Shown in pieces: positions 45,977 through 49,104 of a stretch of 49,104 nucleotides of DNA. Each line of letters starts with the position of its first letter. The first letter of the stretch is position 1. The position numbers and the translations under genes are program-made. A model generated the notes under the pieces. It worked only from the letters and a program-made list of their open reading frames with translations. It did no database searches and was not told where the DNA came from. The stretch spans positions 1 through 49,104 of the forward strand of contig DASSEM010000010.1 of the NCBI GenBank assembly GCA_035695265.1, read 5' to 3'. Source of the DNA: Solirubrobacterales bacterium. Lineage in GTDB: Bacteria; Actinomycetota; Thermoleophilia; Solirubrobacterales; 70-9.

Positions 45977-47584
45977 TTGCGTTATCCGGTCGAAACCTTC
46001 ACCGCGGCGGAGCGGCGGGCCCTCGAGCCCCACTTCAGCAACCTCGATCGGCCGGTGTTCGCGCTCACGAACCTGCCGGAGACGGTCAAGGGCGCGCTGT
46101 TCGCGCGCTACTCGCGCTACCAGGGAACGCTCCGGCGCCTCTACCTCGACGAGTTCGCCGCCGACGTCCCGGCCGGTGCCCGCCCCTTCGACGGCGCCGA
46201 GGGCGAGCGCGCGGCGCAGCTCTACGAGCGGATATTCATCGGCTACGGGGACGACTCGGTCGCCCAGCTCGGCGGCGCGCACCTCGCCTGCGAGTGGGTC
46301 AGCAACGTCCTCACGAAGATCCTCCAGCGCGGCCGCCTCGCCGCCTACCTCGAGCAGTCCACGCGCTACATCCCATACGACGCGCCGATCGAGCCCGGCA
46401 TCGAGCCGGGCTCCCCGGGGAGCTGGCGCTACTGGCGCGACGAGGAGCTCGGTCCCGAGTTCGGGCGGGCCATGGACGAGATCTTCACGATCTACTCCCG
46501 CACCCTGGCCGACGTCCGGGCGTGGGCGGAGCAGCGCTGGCCGCGCGGGGATGAGCCGCAGGCGGCCTGGGAGCGGTCGATCAAGGCGAAGGCGCTCGAC
46601 CTGCTCCGCGGGCTGCTGCCCGCCGCGACCCTCTCCCACGTCGGGATCTACGCCTCCGGGCAGGCTTACGAGCAGCTCCTGCTGCGGCTCGCCGCCTCGC
46701 CGCTGCCGGAGGCGCGCGCGGTCGGGGCGATGGCCCAGGAGGAGCTCGGCGCGGTGGTCCCGAGCTTCATCTCCCGCGTCGGGCGCCCCGACCGGGGCGG
46801 CGAGTGGATCACCTTCCTCGAGCGGCGCCGCGAGACGACCGAGCGATGGGTGGCGCGCCTCGGCCTCGACCGCCGCGAGGGGCCCGACGCCCCGGCGGTC
46901 GAGCTCGTTCACGTCGACGGCGACGAGGACCTGCTCCTCGCCGCCTCGCTGTACGAGGCGACCGGGCTTCCCGAGGCCGAGGTCGCCCGCCGGATCGGCG
47001 CCCTCGACCCGATCGAGCGTGAGGAGATTCTCGCCGAGCTGGTCGGCGAGCGCGGCAACCGCCGCCACCGCCCCGGTCGCGGCTGGGAGGCGATCCGCTA
47101 CCGGTTCGAGATCGTCTCCGACTACGGCGGCTTCCGCGACCTGCAGCGGCACCGGATGCTGACCTGCCAGTGGCAGTCGCTCTCCCCCGACCTGGGGGCG
47201 GGCGTGCCCGACGAGGTCATCGAGGCGGGAGCCGGCGACGACTACGAGCGGGCGCTCGAGATCTCGCGCGCCGAGTTCGAGCGGCTCGAGGCCGCGGGCA
47301 TGCCGGAGGCGGCGCCGTACGCCCTCTGCCTCGGCTACCGGATCCGCTACGTCCTCGACATGAACGCGCGCGAGGCGATGCACGTCTGTGAGCTCCGCTC
47401 CGGCCGCGAGGGCCATCCCACCTACCGCGCCGTCGCCCAGGCGATGCACGAGCAGATCAGCGCCGTCCATCCGGCGGTCGGCGCCGCCATGCGCCATGTC
47501 GACGAGAGCTCCGAACCGCGGCTCGAGCGGATCATGAGCGAGATACGCACCCACCGCAAGCGAACTCTCGCCGGGCGTTCCTGA
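45977..47584 (+). CDS. thyX: Long-form ThyX-like protein (FAD-dependent thymidylate synthase family)
   Basis: ThyX signature RHR-x7-S (LQRHRMLTCQWQS), N-terminal PETVKGALFARYSR block, and C-terminal YVLDMNAREAMHVCELRSGREGHPTYR. Length is 535 aa with a TTG start. Confidence 0.6.
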   Translation: MRYPVETFTAAERRALEPHFSNLDRPVFALTNLPETVKGALFARYSRYQGTLRRLYLDEFAADVPAGARPFDGAEGERAAQLYERIFIGYGDDSVAQLGGAHLACEWVSNVLTKILQRGRLAAYLEQSTRYIPYDAPIEPGIEPGSPGSWRYWRDEELGPEFGRAMDEIFTIYSRTLADVRAWAEQRWPRGDEPQAAWERSIKAKALDLLRGLLPAATLSHVGIYASGQAYEQLLLRLAASPLPEARAVGAMAQEELGAVVPSFISRVGRPDRGGEWITFLERRRETTERWVARLGLDRREGPDAPAVELVHVDGDEDLLLAASLYEATGLPEAEVARRIGALDPIEREEILAELVGERGNRRHRPGRGWEAIRYRFEIVSDYGGFRDLQRHRMLTCQWQSLSPDLGAGVPDEVIEAGAGDDYERALEISRAEFERLEAAGMPEAAPYALCLGYRIRYVLDMNAREAMHVCELRSGREGHPTYRAVAQAMHEQISAVHPAVGAAMRHVDESSEPRLERIMSEIRTHRKRTLAGRS

Positions 47585-47632
47585 CCGAGCTGATCAAGGA
47601 CGCAGCCGACGAGGACGCCGAGATGCGAAGCG

Positions 47633-48652
47633 TCAGGAACGCCCGGCGCGGCCGCGCATCCGCTTGTAGAGCTTCTTCGCCTTTCGCGAGAGGTACGGGC
47701 CGTAGAGGCTCTTCGGGTGCTTGCCGTAGCTGTAGCTGGTCACCGAGAGCAGCGTCCCGCCGGCGATCCAGCCGCCGCCGCTCGCGCCGGGCGTCATGTC
47801 GCAGCGCGCGCCGATCGTGCGCGGGCCCCGGCCGCCGCTCAGGTCGCTGCCGGCCTTGGGGCTGTCGCAGCGGTACTCGTGCTCGCCGTCGAAGGGCTCG
47901 AGCGCCGGGTATCCGAAGATCGAATAGTCCTGCCGGCGCGGCTGGTCGAAGCCGATCCCGCGGGCGCCGACCACTGACTGCAGGGTCTGGCCGCGACGGC
48001 GGCGGACGACCGCGGCGCCGAGGTCGTAGCGGAGGTCGCCGTCCCGCCGCCACCGTTTCACGGTCGCGAGCTTCTTCGCCGTCCAGACCCCGTACGGGGA
48101 CGCGCCGGCATCGTAGGCGGGCACGAACGCGAGGTTGACCGACCGCCCACCGTTGTCTCGGACGTCGAAGACGCAGTGGCCCGCGGTCCAGACGAGGCTC
48201 TGATTGCGGCTGTTGACCGCCGTGCCCGAGCAGACGTAGTCGCCGGGGGCGCTGCCCTTCCTGACCTTGAAGAACACCTTGCCGTGGGCGCGAACCCCGG
48301 CCGCAGCCGGATCGGCGACGAGGACGGCGACCCGCCCCGCCGCGGCGACTCCGCCTTGCGCCGCACCACGGCGGAGCGGAGCGGCGGAGCTCGCTTCGGG
48401 GCCGGCCGGGGGGACGGACGTCGGCGCGCCGGAGGCCTCCGCCGGTCCGGCGAGGGTACGTCGCGGTGGCGGCACTGGCACCGGCTCTGCCTGCCGCATC
48501 CGCTGCTTGGTCCAGTAATCGCGGACCGCGCCCGCCGAGCCGGGGGCGTCGAGGACGGCGGTACCCGCCGCCGCGGTGCCCGGCAGCGCGAGCGCCAGCA
48601 CGAGCAGGGCGAGGGCGAGCGGCGCCGGGCGTATCGGGTGTGGGCGGGTCAT
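47633..48652 (-). CDS. Secreted trypsin-like (S1 family) serine peptidase
   Basis: Signal peptide LALALLVLALALPGTAAAG, catalytic His region CSGTAV...WTAGHCV, and catalytic Ser region CDMTPGASGGGW. Confidence 0.75.
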   Translation of the reverse strand: MTRPHPIRPAPLALALLVLALALPGTAAAGTAVLDAPGSAGAVRDYWTKQRMRQAEPVPVPPPRRTLAGPAEASGAPTSVPPAGPEASSAAPLRRGAAQGGVAAAGRVAVLVADPAAAGVRAHGKVFFKVRKGSAPGDYVCSGTAVNSRNQSLVWTAGHCVFDVRDNGGRSVNLAFVPAYDAGASPYGVWTAKKLATVKRWRRDGDLRYDLGAAVVRRRRGQTLQSVVGARGIGFDQPRRQDYSIFGYPALEPFDGEHEYRCDSPKAGSDLSGGRGPRTIGARCDMTPGASGGGWIAGGTLLSVTSYSYGKHPKSLYGPYLSRKAKKLYKRMRGRAGRS

Positions 48653-48775
48653 CGGATCGGGGTGGCTCGCCGGTGGCGGTCAGCTTCTGGAACACCGCGT
48701 CGCGGCGAAAGCTGCGCCTGCCACGGGTTGGGCTAAGTTTGACCGGTCAGCGGCGGTTCGATCGGAGGAGGCGCG

Positions 48776-49104
48776 ATGAGCGAGGAGCAGTCCACGGCGG
48801 CGAGCGGGGGAATCGACGTCCTCCTCCACACCGAGCAGACGTTTCCGCCGCCGCCCGATTTCGCCGCCCAGGCCAACGCCTCCGACCCGGGCGTCTACGA
48901 CCGCGCCGATGCCGACCCTGAGGCCTGGTGGGGCTCATGGGCCGAGAAGCTCGACTGGATCGAGCCCTTCCACGAGGTTCTCGACTGGTCGGACCCGCCG
49001 TTCGCCAAGTGGTTCTCGGGCGGCAAGCTCAACGTCTCCGCCAACTGCCTCGACCGCCACGTCGCCGCCGGGGCCGGGGACCGCATCGCCTACTACTGGG
49101 AGGG
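48776..49104 (+). CDS. acs: Acetyl-CoA synthetase, N-terminal fragment (3' end outside the window)
   Basis: This ORF is open to the window edge and is absent from the supplied track. ATG at 48776, 5 nt after GGAGGAGG. My translation gives ...FPPPPDFAAQANASDPGVYDRADADPEAWWGSWAEKLDWIEPFHEVLDWSDPPFAKWFSGGKLNVSANCLDRHV, the canonical Acs N-terminus. Confidence 0.85.
   Translation, partial: MSEEQSTAASGGIDVLLHTEQTFPPPPDFAAQANASDPGVYDRADADPEAWWGSWAEKLDWIEPFHEVLDWSDPPFAKWFSGGKLNVSANCLDRHVAAGAGDRIAYYWE

Noticed and set aside
44549-47554. A 1001-aa ORF on the minus strand spanning three annotated + strand genes
   Set aside because: It is antisense to the sulfotransferase, VOC and ThyX-like genes, all of which have recognisable motifs. 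Its translation is an R/G/A/D/E/L/V-rich sequence with no motif. Long stop-free antisense frames are expected in a very GC-rich genome.

Overview
This is a 49.1-kb, very GC-rich chromosomal segment. It shows strong third-position GC bias and long spurious ORFs antisense to almost every real gene. It looks actinobacterial (Actinomycetota); a Thermoleophilia/Rubrobacteria-type lineage is only a guess. All functional calls come from motif recognition by eye, and no searches were run.

The backbone is a complete 14-gene NADH:quinone oxidoreductase (complex I) locus, nuoA-N, all on the + strand but split into three blocks: nuoABCDE (16047-19933), nuoFGHI (21023-26464) and nuoJKLMN (38373-44403). 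Blocks 1 and 2 are separated by a single same-strand gene encoding a wHTH (AbiEi-like) plus DUF559 nuclease-like protein. Blocks 2 and 3 are separated by about 11.9 kb of mostly opposite-strand cargo:
- a secreted S8 protease
- a small membrane protein
- a family III CoA-transferase
- a frameshifted second DUF559 paralogue
- a five-gene Opp/Dpp-type peptide ABC transporter
- an HSL-type esterase

Left of nuo, in order:
- the 3' end of a P1B-type ATPase
- a methyltransferase
- a 1-Cys peroxiredoxin
- a GH31 glycosidase
- an SDR
- a small lipoprotein
- heme A synthase
- a c-di-AMP (ydaO-class) riboswitch in front of an NlpC/P60 hydrolase
- a six-gene translationally coupled operon of unknown role
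- a thioesterase
- msrB
- serS, which has no canonical start codon
- a lipoprotein cytochrome c
- a flavin reductase

Right of nuo lie a sulfotransferase, a VOC protein, a long-form ThyX-like protein, a secreted trypsin-like protease and the 5' end of acetyl-CoA synthetase. I saw no rRNA, tRNA, CRISPR array, transposase or integrase.

The most unusual observations are:
- The DUF559-family genes sit at both interruptions of the nuo locus. The intact copy is bracketed by an 8-bp direct repeat and carries a perfect 16-bp inverted repeat at its 5' end.
- Inverted arrays of a C(A/G)AGGAG heptad (tandem Shine-Dalgarno-like and anti-Shine-Dalgarno-like sequences) flank nuoLMN.
- serS appears to start at CTG, 4 nt after the cytochrome c stop codon.
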